Virus record (IMG/VR): IMGVR_UViG_3300038679_000051
Coordinates: 32,001-96,000 of that record
DNA: 64,000 nucleotides
Reading direction: 5' to 3' (one strand)
From: a virus
Lineage: Duplodnaviria > Caudoviricetes
Within the stretch, counting starts at the first letter, position 1. Every line of letters starts with the position of its first letter. The notes beneath the pieces were generated by a model that did no database searches, had not been told where the DNA came from, and saw only the letters and a program-made list of their open reading frames with translations. The translations under genes were made by a program, and so were the position numbers. Positions 8,909 to 20,300 of this stretch are shown piece by piece.

Positions 8909-9229
8909 TCTCTTTTAATCGTCATTATTCTGTCGTAAATATGTTCCGGCTGCGATTATTTCTTGATCTTGGATGTTAATTGGTCCTTCAAATATCATTT
9001 TCTCTCCTTGCTTTTTAATGTACGGTCCATTCTATAACACATTGTTTTGTCGCGACAGTTCTTTCTACGTTCCTTATTCCATCCGAGTGAATTCGGACAT
9101 GTTTTCTTGCAGAGTTGGTCAAGTTTCGATTCACTTAGGGGCATTTTGTTGACCTTTCGCTTTGATCTTTTCACTTTATTTGCCTTTGTAAATACTTGAT
9201 GTTTCAAAAATAAAGAAAATGGAGGAAAC

Positions 9230-9862
9230 ATGTACGGAATTAGATTAGGCATAATATTTGAAGACGCAAGCATGATGCGAAGGCTCGCTATGGAATTCCC
9301 TAATTTCGATAAACTGTTGCGTAGGTTTGGGTTTGATGTCAACGATCTAGAATTGATTGGATATGGCGATCATGGACTTGCTTTCGCCAGCAATGATAAA
9401 GTAATTAAGATAACCGATGACAAGAATGAAGCTAGAGCGGCTGCGAATTTAATAAACAAGAAACTCACCGGCACCAACCAGATATATTATGTCGGATCAT
9501 TTAGTAAACTAATACAATACCACGATCCAGAAATCACCGACGATAAGATCCAATATTATGTGATCATACAAGAATTGGTTGATACCGTTTTGTCGGCAGA
9601 TGAACGCAAGGCGATAGATTTAGTATCAAATTGGTTGGATGAGTTGGAACGATGGCCATTCGACGTAGATGAAGCATGTCGTAAGATTGGTGAAAACGGT
9701 GCTGTGAGATCATTGTTGAACAGCATCAATGAATTATATAAACATGGCGTAAAGTATATGGACATACATTCTGGAAACGTGGGGCACAACAAAGATGGTA
9801 AATTGGTCGTATTTGATTTGGGCGTATCCGAAGCAAAGTCAGTTGCATATGGACGAATTTAG
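9230..9862 (+). CDS. Protein-kinase-like fold protein (ePK/APH superfamily)
   Basis: LIGYGDHGLAF (Gly loop), KVIKIT, IIQELV, YMDIHSGNV (catalytic loop), VVFDLG; GGAGG RBS. Confidence 0.8.
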   Translation: MYGIRLGIIFEDASMMRRLAMEFPNFDKLLRRFGFDVNDLELIGYGDHGLAFASNDKVIKITDDKNEARAAANLINKKLTGTNQIYYVGSFSKLIQYHDPEITDDKIQYYVIIQELVDTVLSADERKAIDLVSNWLDELERWPFDVDEACRKIGENGAVRSLLNSINELYKHGVKYMDIHSGNVGHNKDGKLVVFDLGVSEAKSVAYGRI

Positions 9863-9873
9863 GGAAGATTTTC

Positions 9874-11791
9874 TCATTCAGTCATTATCCGATGTCCAAT
9901 CACATGCTTCCGTTCCCGTTTTTCTTGTACTTGCTCTTGTTGTACTTGTTCTTGTATACCACCATGATGTGCTCGAATCCATTTTTGTAAAATCCCAACA
10001 ATTATGTCTTCGTCTTCTGAAGCAGTTCCATTTATGACCATCGTCCTTGAATGGAATTCAAATTCCATACGGAATCTGAACGGGCCTGAACCTAAAACGT
10101 GATGATAAATGTCATGTCCATATGGGGGATGTCTCTCTATTTTATAGTCAATTTCGATGTTCGATGGAATTAGTTTATCTATTAGATTAATGTGAACGTT
10201 GCTGTCTCTATAAACGCCGCTATCATTAAATGAATTTAGGCCGTCATTTATCTCTGCTGTGCCCGTTCCCCGGCAATCAGGTACGCTTGTGCCCGTCGGA
10301 CCTATAACACCATTGTCACTCATTTTATGATCTCCTTAATTATATGCCAATGTGCATAACCATACATCAACGCTGCACATATTAATATGTTTAATGTGGT
10401 ATATGTCAATATGCTCAATAATCGAGATTTTCTACGCCCGATGATTGCACCAGGGGAAACAAGTACGCCGTTAGCATCTTCAAAATGGACATGGACGTGA
10501 TCATATAAAGACAGTTGTAATGCCCATTTCGGCATAACTCCTGTCTTTGGATTCGCCACAATCTCGATCATCGTGCCCCCATCCGTATGGAAGACCATGC
10601 GACGAATTCCACTTGTCTGACTGTTCAAAACAGATGCACCCGCCTGATTGTTCAAAACAAGTGTCGCTTTCATTTCCTATTCTCCTTAACATTTTCGACG
10701 TTGGAAAATACTGATGATTTTATGAAGTTTTTCACGATTGTCTGCAAGCATCGCATCACAAAGATTTTGTCTGCGCCTTCTGAACTCAGAAGCATCAAAG
10801 GACCCATATATTATGAGAGCCAACAGGCAACTATCTCCCTCTCTTGTGATTTCGAATTCACAACCTTCAAAAAATTTGGGTGTGTTTGCGTTAAGCCAGT
10901 AAATGTCACCCATGTCCGTTTCTTTTGATTCGATTTCAGCGAGAACGTTACGGGCTGCATTTGCCAATCTATCAATGTTGATCTGAAGAGGTGCGGTCGT
11001 CGCCAGTGGCCCAAGCGCTTTTAAGATGGCCTCCTTTTCGCTGCCAGCGGCACAATCTCCGCTATCTGCCCACTCGATGGCGTGTAGAGCATCCGCAATC
11101 GGAAGTATGATCTGCCCTAGGGCGACTCTCTCTGGGGCTTCGCTTGACATAAGCTCTTTTGCCACATCTTCGAATGTGTTGCTGACGTAGTTCCAACTTC
11201 CGCCACTCATCTCACACCTCCTTAACGAAGCGACTACAACATTTATCATCTTGCCTAAGAGGCGTAAAGCGTGGTACGCAGTCATGACAAAACGTCTTAC
11301 CACATTTAGGGCAATTACCTAAATTAAAGGACAATTTCCCGCAACTATAACATTTCTCAATTGCTCGTTTTTGAACGCGATGAAATGAGCTTGCTATTGT
11401 GCCATCAGTAAAACGGAAATATGTGGAAATTTTTGATTCTTGCAGTCGCCGCTGTTCTTCTTCATTCCATTCGATAATTTTGATTGATGCTATCCGTTTT
11501 CGTTGAGGCACACCCTCTTTGAAACCGCTATCTTCAATGTGCGTTACGTGATCGCCGATTCTTAGATCATTATATTCTTCAACTTGCTCAATCTTCATTG
11601 TTTTCTCCTAGCGTTTGCAATGACGCAAGCATATGTAACACTTGTCGTTCGTCTGCAATTACCTTCTCTTCAGACCCGTGTGGACTGGACTTGATTTTAT
11701 CGTCGAGGAATTTCACTTGCTTGCTATCTTCACCAAACAAGACGACAGTAATCTTACGGTAATTACCGTATCGCCGCGTTCTTATCACCAC
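9874..11791 (-). other. Run of five hypothetical genes (9874-10323, 10320-10673, 10686-11210, 11212-11598, 11588-11791)
   Basis: Abutting or overlapping co-oriented ORFs with GGAG RBSs. 10320 has a C-terminal TM; 11212 has CxxC motifs. Confidence 0.6.
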
Positions 11792-11798
11792 TTCTCAT

Positions 11799-12008
11799 TT
11801 ACCACCATTTGAATGTTTTGCCAAGGCCATAGACGGCCAAGCCTGTTATCGCACCTGCGATGATGACGGGAGCAGCCGTGACCGCAATGGCAGTCCCACC
11901 GATGACAAGACCACCACGCCCAACGATGGCGGCAACGGTCGCCCCCGCTGCTGCCCCGGCGGCGGTCGCCGTCCCAGACTTTGCCAATTCTTTTTCTTTC
12001 TCATTCAT
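11799..12008 (-). CDS. Small Gly/Ala-rich membrane protein (glycine-zipper-like)
   Basis: AAGAAAGATVAAIVGRGGLVIGGTAIAVTAAPVIIAGAITGLAVYGLG; AAGGAG RBS. Confidence 0.7.
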   Translation of the reverse strand: MNEKEKELAKSGTATAAGAAAGATVAAIVGRGGLVIGGTAIAVTAAPVIIAGAITGLAVYGLGKTFKWW

Positions 12009-12043
12009 GCGTTTTCTCCTTGTCTGGTTCTCCCTCACGTTTC

Positions 12044-12081
12044 CTAAAAAAATGCAGGGGCTGGCTATAACCCCTGCATTT
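12044..12081 (-). terminator. Rho-independent terminator
   Basis: Minus strand reads AAATGCAGGGG-loop-CCCCTGCATTT followed by TTTT. Confidence 0.8.
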
Positions 12082-12089
12082 GGAAATTG

Positions 12090-12194
12090 TTAATTAATTA
12101 ACGTTCCGGCGATGAAACTGAGTACGCACAACGCTAAACCAAGCATTATTAACGACTTAAACATGGCTACGACGACTGCAATGACGGCCATCAT
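12090..12194 (-). CDS. 34-aa hydrophobic peptide (not in ORF track)
   Basis: GAAAGGGGG RBS; MMAVIAVVVAMFKSLIMLGLALCVLSFIAGTLIN. Confidence 0.5.
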   Translation of the reverse strand: MMAVIAVVVAMFKSLIMLGLALCVLSFIAGTLIN

Positions 12195-12209
12195 TCCCCC
12201 TTTCTACGG

Positions 12210-12377
12210 TTACCTACCGGGCCGGCCGGTCTTAGCCTCGTAATCGGCCTTGGACAGCCAATTTCCGGATGACTTCTTTGCCGACACGCCGCGATCGACG
12301 TGATTGGCGTGGGCACGACGATTGTAATCGCTCGTCTTTTCGCCCTTTGCCCTGCTCGTGACCCATTTGCTTGCCAT
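12210..12377 (-). CDS. 55-aa basic protein (not in ORF track)
   Basis: GGAGGG RBS; MASKWVTSRAKGEKTSDYNRRAHANHVDRG...GRPGR. Confidence 0.5.
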   Translation of the reverse strand: MASKWVTSRAKGEKTSDYNRRAHANHVDRGVSAKKSSGNWLSKADYEAKTGRPGR

Positions 12378-12557
12378 TTCTTCTTCCCTCCCCTAGCCCA
12401 ACTGCTCTCTGCGTCTTCCTGCACATGTCATGCACCAGTGCTGAAATTCACAATTCTCTCGTTCTTTACACTATGTCCTTTCGCCTTTTCGTCAATATCC
12501 CCGGCATCTGCATATCTAGTCTCGTCATGTTTCTACGCTCCCCAAATTGCTAGCGGA

Positions 12558-13175
12558 CTAACCAATAACGATGTGCTCAATGAGTAATTCTTCGTCTTTA
12601 TTTTTCGACTCATGTTCTTTCTTCGCCGCCCTCGCCTCCTGTAAGGAACAGAAGACATTGCCATTGTATATGAAAGCTCGCTTAATTTCGCTCACGTGGC
12701 CAACCAACATTTGTCCAACTATCCCTCTTAATTTCTCATCTCTGATATGCCCAAGCGCGTCATTATTTTGTTTTACTGCTGCCAGACAGATTTCTGGCGT
12801 CTGTTCTTTGACGTATTCAAGTGCCGAACCATCCCATTGCACTGCTGCTATACACATTTCTGGCGTCTGCTCTCTGACATATCGAAGTGCCCAACCAATT
12901 CGTTGCACTGCTGCTATACACATTTCTGGCGTCTGTTCCTTGACATATTGAAGTGCATTACAGTCTTCTCGTACCGCCGTTATGCATATTTCAGGAAATT
13001 GTTTATCTAAATGTTTAAGTACATCACACCAGAAGGAATATAAAGACACTTTATCATTCAATAATTGCTCAACGATCATTTCGTCCTCCATGTTTTTATG
13101 ATTATCATCAATCTTCCTCACTGCCTGGATCACGTCATTCAATTGTTCTTTAGTCACCTCAGAGAGCCAATGCAT
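12558..13175 (-). CDS. MHW-cap / DUF4116-repeat protein 1
   Basis: MHWLSEVTKEQLNDV cap plus about 3.5 repeats of AVxxxGxALxYVKEQTPExCxA. Confidence 0.85.
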   Translation of the reverse strand: MHWLSEVTKEQLNDVIQAVRKIDDNHKNMEDEMIVEQLLNDKVSLYSFWCDVLKHLDKQFPEICITAVREDCNALQYVKEQTPEMCIAAVQRIGWALRYVREQTPEMCIAAVQWDGSALEYVKEQTPEICLAAVKQNNDALGHIRDEKLRGIVGQMLVGHVSEIKRAFIYNGNVFCSLQEARAAKKEHESKNKDEELLIEHIVIG

Positions 13176-13211
13176 GTTTTATCTCCTTGCACATCAAATC
13201 ACACCGATAAT

Positions 13212-14523
13212 TCAGTACAAATCGTCCACTCCCCGTTCCCATTGCGCTTGTTTTTCAACAAAACCTTTATCACCTCCAATGCGTTCGAGCATGCTTGCCG
13301 ATGATTTAAGATAACCGGCGGTAAAGTCCAATCTGCTTGATCCGCCTACTCCAGTTGGCGGACATCCTGGATAAATGTGCTGTTCAAATAACGAATGACA
13401 AGTCCTGTCGAGACCTACGGCAATTTTGTATAATTCTTCTATAGTTTCGGTAGACACATCAACAAGATCTCCGGCAGCACCAATCCGTTCAAGCATGCCC
13501 GCCGCTGATCTCAGATAATGAACGGTCCACGCCAACTCGTTTGTTCCAGTTACCCCAGTCGGTCCTATCGCTTGTTTGAAGGAGGTATTGAATAGTGCCT
13601 CGCAAGTGTCATTGACTTTTTTAGCGGTTGGGTATAATTCTATTCTGACTTTAACAACCAATTCATGCTCGCTTAACATGTCTTAACCCTCCAAAATTGC
13701 TGCATTCTTCTCATTTTTTAATACTGGTTCCGTTGTCGTCAATGTTTTATCTGAGAATTGCATTCCGTATGTTTTCTATATGTTGATCTAACTCAGCAGG
13801 AGGGATGTCCCAACTCCGGATTTGACCATTCACACAGACGAGTGCAGTAATTTCACCAACATTGTAAGTCTCAACATATGCATATGTTTTATTTGAGGGT
13901 GTGGTGAATGATATCGCTACGCCTTCTTGTACACTTGCTAAGACGTTAGTCCAAGGGAACGTTTTCTCGTACGCAGACATGATTGTTCTCTTTGCTAAAT
14001 CGACCGCAATTATATTTGGTGCTTCTGACCCATATCCATCCCAATCACGTTCTAATTTTAACATGTCATCTAATGATTTTAATGCGGCGATCTTATTTCG
14101 TTCGTCCATATGTCACCTTCCTATTGTTTTAAGATTATCAGTAACCTGCATGGCGAAATCATTAAGCGCATGTTTGAAAAAATTGTTCATGCCGGTTAAG
14201 AGTGCTGCTCCAGCACCATTGCGGATGACCTCCTGCATGGTTTCTTCAACTTTTGCATGATTGTCATCCAGCCATTTTCTCAACAAAATGTCCATTCGTT
14301 CTTTCATCAAATTTGACACCAATTCATGAGCGAGCGGTGGTAAGATCTTAGTTTCGCTCCAAGAAGAACTTTGAGTCCTTCTCTCATTAAAGAATAGTTC
14401 TTCCATGCTGCGTGTGATCAACTTCATGATGTCCTCATCGCTTAAACAATCCCCGATGGAGGCTCTAATCCGGTCTTTCATTCGTTGTTCGAACGTCGCA
14501 GTCGCAGTTAATTCATCGGCCAT
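13212..14523 (-). other. Three hypothetical genes (13212-13679, 13747-14109, 14113-14523)
   Basis: Co-oriented ORFs with RBSs. 13212 has an internal duplication (GPTGV...YLRSAAGMLERIG / PPTGV...YLKSSASMLERIG); 13747 has a DWDGYG motif. Confidence 0.6.
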
Positions 14524-14698
14524 GATTTGTCTCCTCAAAAGAATCGTTGGTAACAACGCGGACAGACGTGACGCGTCCTATCCGTTTTCACCGTATATCT
14601 AACCCGCCTGAACGGTCTCCCACACATCTCGCATTTGCTGTGTCTTATTTCGTCATATGTAATAAATACAAACAAAATTGACATTGCTATAAAAGCGA

Positions 14699-15403
14699 CT
14701 AACATGAGGGTTCTGCTCCTATCCCTGCTTTTCTCAATGATGTACGAAGCTTTTCATTCTTGACGAATTCAAATGCCCGACCATTTTGTTTTATTGCCGC
14801 CATACATATCTCTGGTGTCTGTTCTATGACATATTTGAGTGCATAACCGTCTTGTTTTACTGCTGCCATGCATATTTCTGGCGTCTGCCCTTTGTTGTTC
14901 GCAGAACATTTAACATATTCAAGTACTGGGCCATGTCGTTTTACTGCCATCATACACATTTCTGGTGTCTGCTCTTTGATCCATTGAAGTGCCCGACCAT
15001 TTTGTTTTATTGCCGCCATACATATCTCTGGCGTCTGTTCTTTGACAAAATGGAAACAGTGGACGAATTCATCCTGCTTCACTGCTGCCATACATAATTC
15101 AGGCGTCTGTTCTTTGACATATTCAAGTGCCCAACAATTCTGTTTTACTGCCGCTAAACATAATTCTGGCGTCTGTTCTTTGATAAATAAGAGTGCATGG
15201 CCATTCTGTTTTACTGCGGCCATACAAATTGCGGGGAATTGTTTATCTAAATGCGCAAGCGTCTCATATAAATCTATGTCATCATCCAGTAATTTCTTGA
15301 CAATTTTTTTGTCTTTCATTGAAGCATGGACATCATCTATGCTTCTTACGGCTCGAAACACGTCCTGCAACTGTTTATCGGTCACTTCCATCATCCAATG
15401 CAT
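14699..15403 (-). CDS. MHW-cap / DUF4116-repeat protein 2
   Basis: MHWMMEVTDKQL cap plus about 6.5 repeats; one repeat carries a CSANNK insertion. Confidence 0.85.
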   Translation of the reverse strand: MHWMMEVTDKQLQDVFRAVRSIDDVHASMKDKKIVKKLLDDDIDLYETLAHLDKQFPAICMAAVKQNGHALLFIKEQTPELCLAAVKQNCWALEYVKEQTPELCMAAVKQDEFVHCFHFVKEQTPEICMAAIKQNGRALQWIKEQTPEMCMMAVKRHGPVLEYVKCSANNKGQTPEICMAAVKQDGYALKYVIEQTPEICMAAIKQNGRAFEFVKNEKLRTSLRKAGIGAEPSC

Positions 15404-15415
15404 GTTCTATCCTTT

Positions 15416-16375
15416 TCATTCATCATCTGCGATGGCTTGTGCCGTTGCTCGTATAAATTCATCTGCAAATAAACCAGCCCGACGGACTGAAAACAATTCT
15501 GATTCTTTGTCTTTAGATATTATAGCAATGGCGAATAACAAATGATCTATGAGGTGCGTCATTTGTTTGAGATTTTCAAATCTCACATCATCCTCGTTCG
15601 TTTCACCAACCGGATTGATGGGTCCGACCAACTTATTAACGACTTTGTTCAAATTAATGTCGTTTCCCATTATCAGCTCCTTCCAACGGTACGTAATGTT
15701 TATAATTTGCCTTTAACAATGCCATTATCAGCTCCTTCCAACGGTACGTAATGTTTATAATTTGCCTTTAACAATGCCATTATCAGCTCCTTCCAACGGT
15801 ACGTAATGTTTATAATTTGCCTTTAACAATGCCCGTAAAGCAGTTTTCTCCAGACTGTCGCGGTTCCTCTGCGTGCATCGCAAAGCACCGTCAATGCCGA
15901 ATGCAAATCCATCCATAAAAATGCGAGCATCATACCAATTTTTGAATTTAAAATCATTGATATATACGAATCCATTGTCAATCCTTATGGTTGACTTAAA
16001 CATAAGACATGTCTTGCGACACAATTCTTCGTCAACGTCGCGTGGCATTGGGTCCAACATCATTTTGCGTGGTTTTTCATTCATGTTTTGAATTCTTCTT
16101 TATCTTGCTTTCGTTCATGTAAATCAATGCAAAGTCGCTTGCCGCCATCCAACATCATCAACAGCATTTCCACTGTCCAATTCAGACACGCATTCTGGAC
16201 AGCAGACTCTGCCATTTCTAATGGCCCAACCCAGACTCTGGACAAGCTCTATAAAGCCTGTCTTTTTATATCCCGATCGTTGTACCCATACGCTGCATCG
16301 AGCACACCAAATTGTATATTCGATAGTTATTGCATGATTATATCGTTTCATGTCTGCTCTAGACATTCGTATCAA
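15416..16375 (-). other. Three hypothetical genes (15416-15670, 15755-16084, 16124-16375)
   Basis: Co-oriented ORFs lying between the direct repeats. Confidence 0.55.
15667..15833. repeat. Perfect 3 x 55-bp tandem repeat spanning a gene end, RBS and ATG
   Basis: Unit ccattatcagctccttccaacggtacgtaatgtttataatttgcctttaacaatg starts at 15667, 15722 and 15777; no spacers. Confidence 0.95.
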
Positions 16376-16397
16376 CCTCTATCCTTTTCATCGGCTG

Positions 16398-17369
16398 TCA
16401 TCTGCGATGGCTTGTGCCGTTGCTCGTATCATCTTCTGGCGATATTATTATGCGATCGTTTGGGAACTTTTTACGGAATACATCTACGATATATTCTTGC
16501 CATTTTATGGTGTGAAAATTTGGAACTGAAATGCGGTGTTCATTCTTTTCTGCGTCATAAATTGTCGTAAACAACATTTCGTTGCAATCAGAACAATAGA
16601 CAATATAAGCTGGAACGACATGACAACCTTTTGAATGCCATTCCCATAACGGAGAATGATGTGTGCAGTCGCTCATCCTTCGCTTGTCGCATATTTTACA
16701 TTTTTCGGGAGGTTCTTGTTGCATGTTATTTTCTCCTTCTTGTTTGTCTGTTTTTATTTCTTCTGTCTTGTGTGTAAATTCCACTGATTTACCCGTCGCT
16801 CTGGCGTAAGCAATTTCGCGGCGCGTGCTCTCGCCGATATATCCACCAGGATTGATTACCAACACATGAGATGCCATGTCAATCTTACGGAGATGAAGTT
16901 CGTCCAGCCGTCGTTTGTCATCGTCCGTTATGTGGTCACCAGAATGCATGAACACACCTGGTGCAAGAACGATCCGTCCGGTCATCGTTTCGCGACGATT
17001 GGCTTCGATAAATTCATCCCGGAAACGCGTTGATCCACATAGACATACCACAGTGGGTAACGTAAGACCTTTGATTGCTTCAGATTCTCCTGCCGCAACC
17101 AAAGGCAACAGCCTTTTGTCAGGCAACTCCTTAACTTTGTCGCTTAAACCCTTTTTACTCTCATTAATTGCTTCGAAGAGAGCCTTTCCATGTATGTCTT
17201 CTCGTTTGCTTGCACCCGTTTCCTCATCATGTTCGTCATTCATGACCTCATCATATGACCACCCTGGACGTTTTGGTTTATCCTTTGGTTTGTGATCGTT
17301 ACATAATTTCCACATCAATATCGTAGAACAGATTAAACAGATAATCATGAACAACAACGTTTCTGACAT
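16398..17369 (-). CDS. Multidomain protein with a DUF4406 / nucleoside-deoxyribosyltransferase-like domain
   Basis: N-terminal TM; central VVCLCGSTRF...LHLRKIDMASHVLVINPGGYIGESTRREIAYA; C-terminal Cys-rich region. Confidence 0.7.
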   Translation of the reverse strand: MSETLLFMIICLICSTILMWKLCNDHKPKDKPKRPGWSYDEVMNDEHDEETGASKREDIHGKALFEAINESKKGLSDKVKELPDKRLLPLVAAGESEAIKGLTLPTVVCLCGSTRFRDEFIEANRRETMTGRIVLAPGVFMHSGDHITDDDKRRLDELHLRKIDMASHVLVINPGGYIGESTRREIAYARATGKSVEFTHKTEEIKTDKQEGENNMQQEPPEKCKICDKRRMSDCTHHSPLWEWHSKGCHVVPAYIVYCSDCNEMLFTTIYDAEKNEHRISVPNFHTIKWQEYIVDVFRKKFPNDRIIISPEDDTSNGTSHRR

Positions 17370-17390
17370 AACATCTCCTTTTGTCAGTTC

Positions 17391-20300
17391 TTACTTGATT
17401 GTCTCAAATGGAAGAAAGTCGTCTCTCGGATCGTTCCAGAAGAATGGAAGAGCAACCCAATCTGTGGCTGATATTTCGGCAAGACATGGTTGCCATAAGT
17501 CTTTTCGACGTTTATTCAATTCATTCTCTTCATGGCAAATCCAAGCGAGGTTGTCTATACCGAATACCAAAATGCTGCTTAATTTCCCATTTAGATACCA
17601 TGTTTTTCTAGTTGCAAAACCACGTGCTCCCAAATGATCAGCAATTTCACCAATTGTCATGATTAGATCCTTTCTTATCAGGCCAGTTTCTGCTCAAATA
17701 CTTAGAGCACCAATTTACGGTTTCTGTTTTTATTTGATCTAATTCGTGGGTCGTTTAATGCGATTGTCCCAACACCATTACAAAATTCGCAATCTTGTCC
17801 ACTACATTTTCCATATCCACCACATTGTGGGCATAAATAATCGATTCCATTCGATTGTAGTGGACCATATGTTGATCCTTCGGCCCACATCCCAGATTGC
17901 GTATATCCAACTTCAGTCATTTTTCATCCTCTTCTGATGGTTGAATGTCTTCACATAAAACGCTTATTGTCATTCCAGGATGGACAGCTGCTATATCCTG
18001 CTGGAACGCCACCAAGTCAGCATCGTGAATGCCTGTAAGACATAACAACTTAGACTTGATCGTCTCTTTATCCTCTGGGAATAATTTTAATAATTTTTCG
18101 AGCCATATAAATTTGGATTCGGCACGGACTGATGCGTCCATGATTAAAAGTAATTTGGATTTGATCGACTCCTTCTCTTCTGGGAATAATTCTAATAGTT
18201 TACATAACTCGGAAAATCTGAATTCCATATCAGACGAATGAGTAGAAAATTCTCTCATGGATTTTGCACGATTGAGACATTCATGGCGACTTTCTATTTT
18301 TGTGCACATTGAAACGATAGCCATGTAATTATCAACGTCGTCATCGGAATTGAAGCTTGAGATTGCCATTCCATATGCAGTCTCACGCATCGATTTAATT
18401 GTCGTGCTTTCATTAAGGTCTGGAACGCGGTCTGTCATTTCAGTTCTCCTTTTAAAGGGGTTGGCATCATCTTTCATTCGGAATCACGAATGAGGCACGT
18501 CCGAGCGTTGGTGTTCTTGAACTATGTCCGAACGTTGGTGTTCTTGAACTCTTGATCATATCCCATTCTTCCTGGATATGTATTTTTTTAATCACAGTCG
18601 TCTTTTTTCTCACATGTTTTAAATACATTTCACATGATTCAATTAGATCAGAACATGGATAAATGGTCAATGTGTGTAATTCAAATATTCGGTCAACCAA
18701 TTCTTCCAGCATAGCGACAGGTTTGTCTTTTACTGGTTTCCCTTTCTCTACTTTGATTCCTGGACCAATAGATCCAATTATGGGTGGTTTATCATTCAAT
18801 GCAGCGGATAACTGTTCGACTTTCTTTTGAAGCTTTTCATGAATAACACCAACGTCACAAAGCATCAAGAATGCTTCTACATATTCTTTTTCCAACATTG
18901 ATTTGTTTTTGCGTTTTTTACTCATCCTCTCCACCTTTCTCTCTTTGTTCCTTAAGTTCCAAAGTCACATTTTGTTCCTTAAGTTTCAAAGTCACATAAG
19001 CAGTGATTATGTCCTCTTGTGCTTTGATGTTCTCTTTTGTTCCTCCGTCCTGTGCTGGCGTTCTTACATACAACATAATCAACAAGCAGGTGACATGCAA
19101 CAGTAAATATAAGACGCTGTCGTAAGAAACTCCAATTACTAGCATACGCAATAAATAAAAAAGGATGGCAACAGAATAGAAAACAATACAGAAAACAGTA
19201 CAGAAAACCACAAAGATTCTAAAGGCTCGCATTTTCATTCCTTCCTTTCTGTTTGGTTTCTTGTGCTGTTTTTTCAATCATATCTAATGCTGTCTTGAAT
19301 TTGTTTAATTCACGTCGCATTTTAGTCTCTATATTATCGAGACGGTTAAGCAGATTTCTCAATTCCGGCCACGGTTCAGGTGAGGGCGGAGACGAACAAC
19401 AACGACATAAGCCACCCTTGCAGTCTGCCCCTGCTTTTCCACATGCAGAGCAAAGAAGATTACTCATCCTCTATCGTCCTTTTCTGATGCCCATCCCTTA
19501 TCGTCCTTCATAATTTCTAATACCCAATCCCCATCATCACGCTCGAACCACTTGCCGACGCTGCGGCATTTTCTGTTGTCGAATTCAATCCCGACAAATT
19601 CTGGAAATTCCGGACCAAGTGAGCCACGAAAGACAATGCTGATCACGGAACAGTGTGCATCTTGTGGGCCTTGTTGAATGATAGGTCTCTCTTGGCCCAC
19701 CTGAACGAGTACAGGACTGTTAATCTGTGTATGTGACCATTTTAATAGGTCCATGATGCTCGCTTTGCTTGGCAGACCATTGGTTGTGTTAATCCAATCA
19801 GCCAATAATTCGTCGAATGCCTTATGTAATTCCATGTGACGTTTCTTGTGTTCTTCTGTCGTCATTGTTGTTCCTCCTGTTTTCCGTCCTGTTTTTCACT
19901 TTGTTCTCTAAGAACCTTAAGTTCCAAGACCACATTTTGTGCTTTGATGATCATGTTTTGTGTTTTGATGCTATAAATCATAATAAACGAAATGATGGTA
20001 TACAATAGTAAATATAGAACATTGTAGTAATCGCCAGTCACTAACATGCGTAATAAATAAAAAAGGGCGGCGAAGGAATAGAAGACAACACAGAAAATCA
20101 TTAAAATTTTATAAGCTCGCATTTTCATCTCCCTTCATTGCTGCCAGATATAAATCATCCATGTAACGCCAATGGGTAGTATTCTCTGCTCCGTAGCTGT
20201 CTCGGCCAGCAAGGAGCCATTTCGGTTCTTCCTCGTCCCACTGACTGACATAGCCAATGCGTATGTCACCATCGCACCGAATTAATACGTTCTTTGATCT

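Larger units (their letters stand above)
15406..16429. repeat. Direct repeat pair flanking three genes
   Basis: tctatccttttcat (14 nt) plus tcatctgcgatggcttgtgccgttgctcgtat (32 nt) are identical at 15406-15454 and 16378-16429; only the short spacer differs. Confidence 0.9.

Noticed and set aside
15667-15833. CRISPR array
   Set aside because: The 55-bp units abut with no spacers. The 66-nt DUF4116 periodicity is protein-coding. No cas genes are present.
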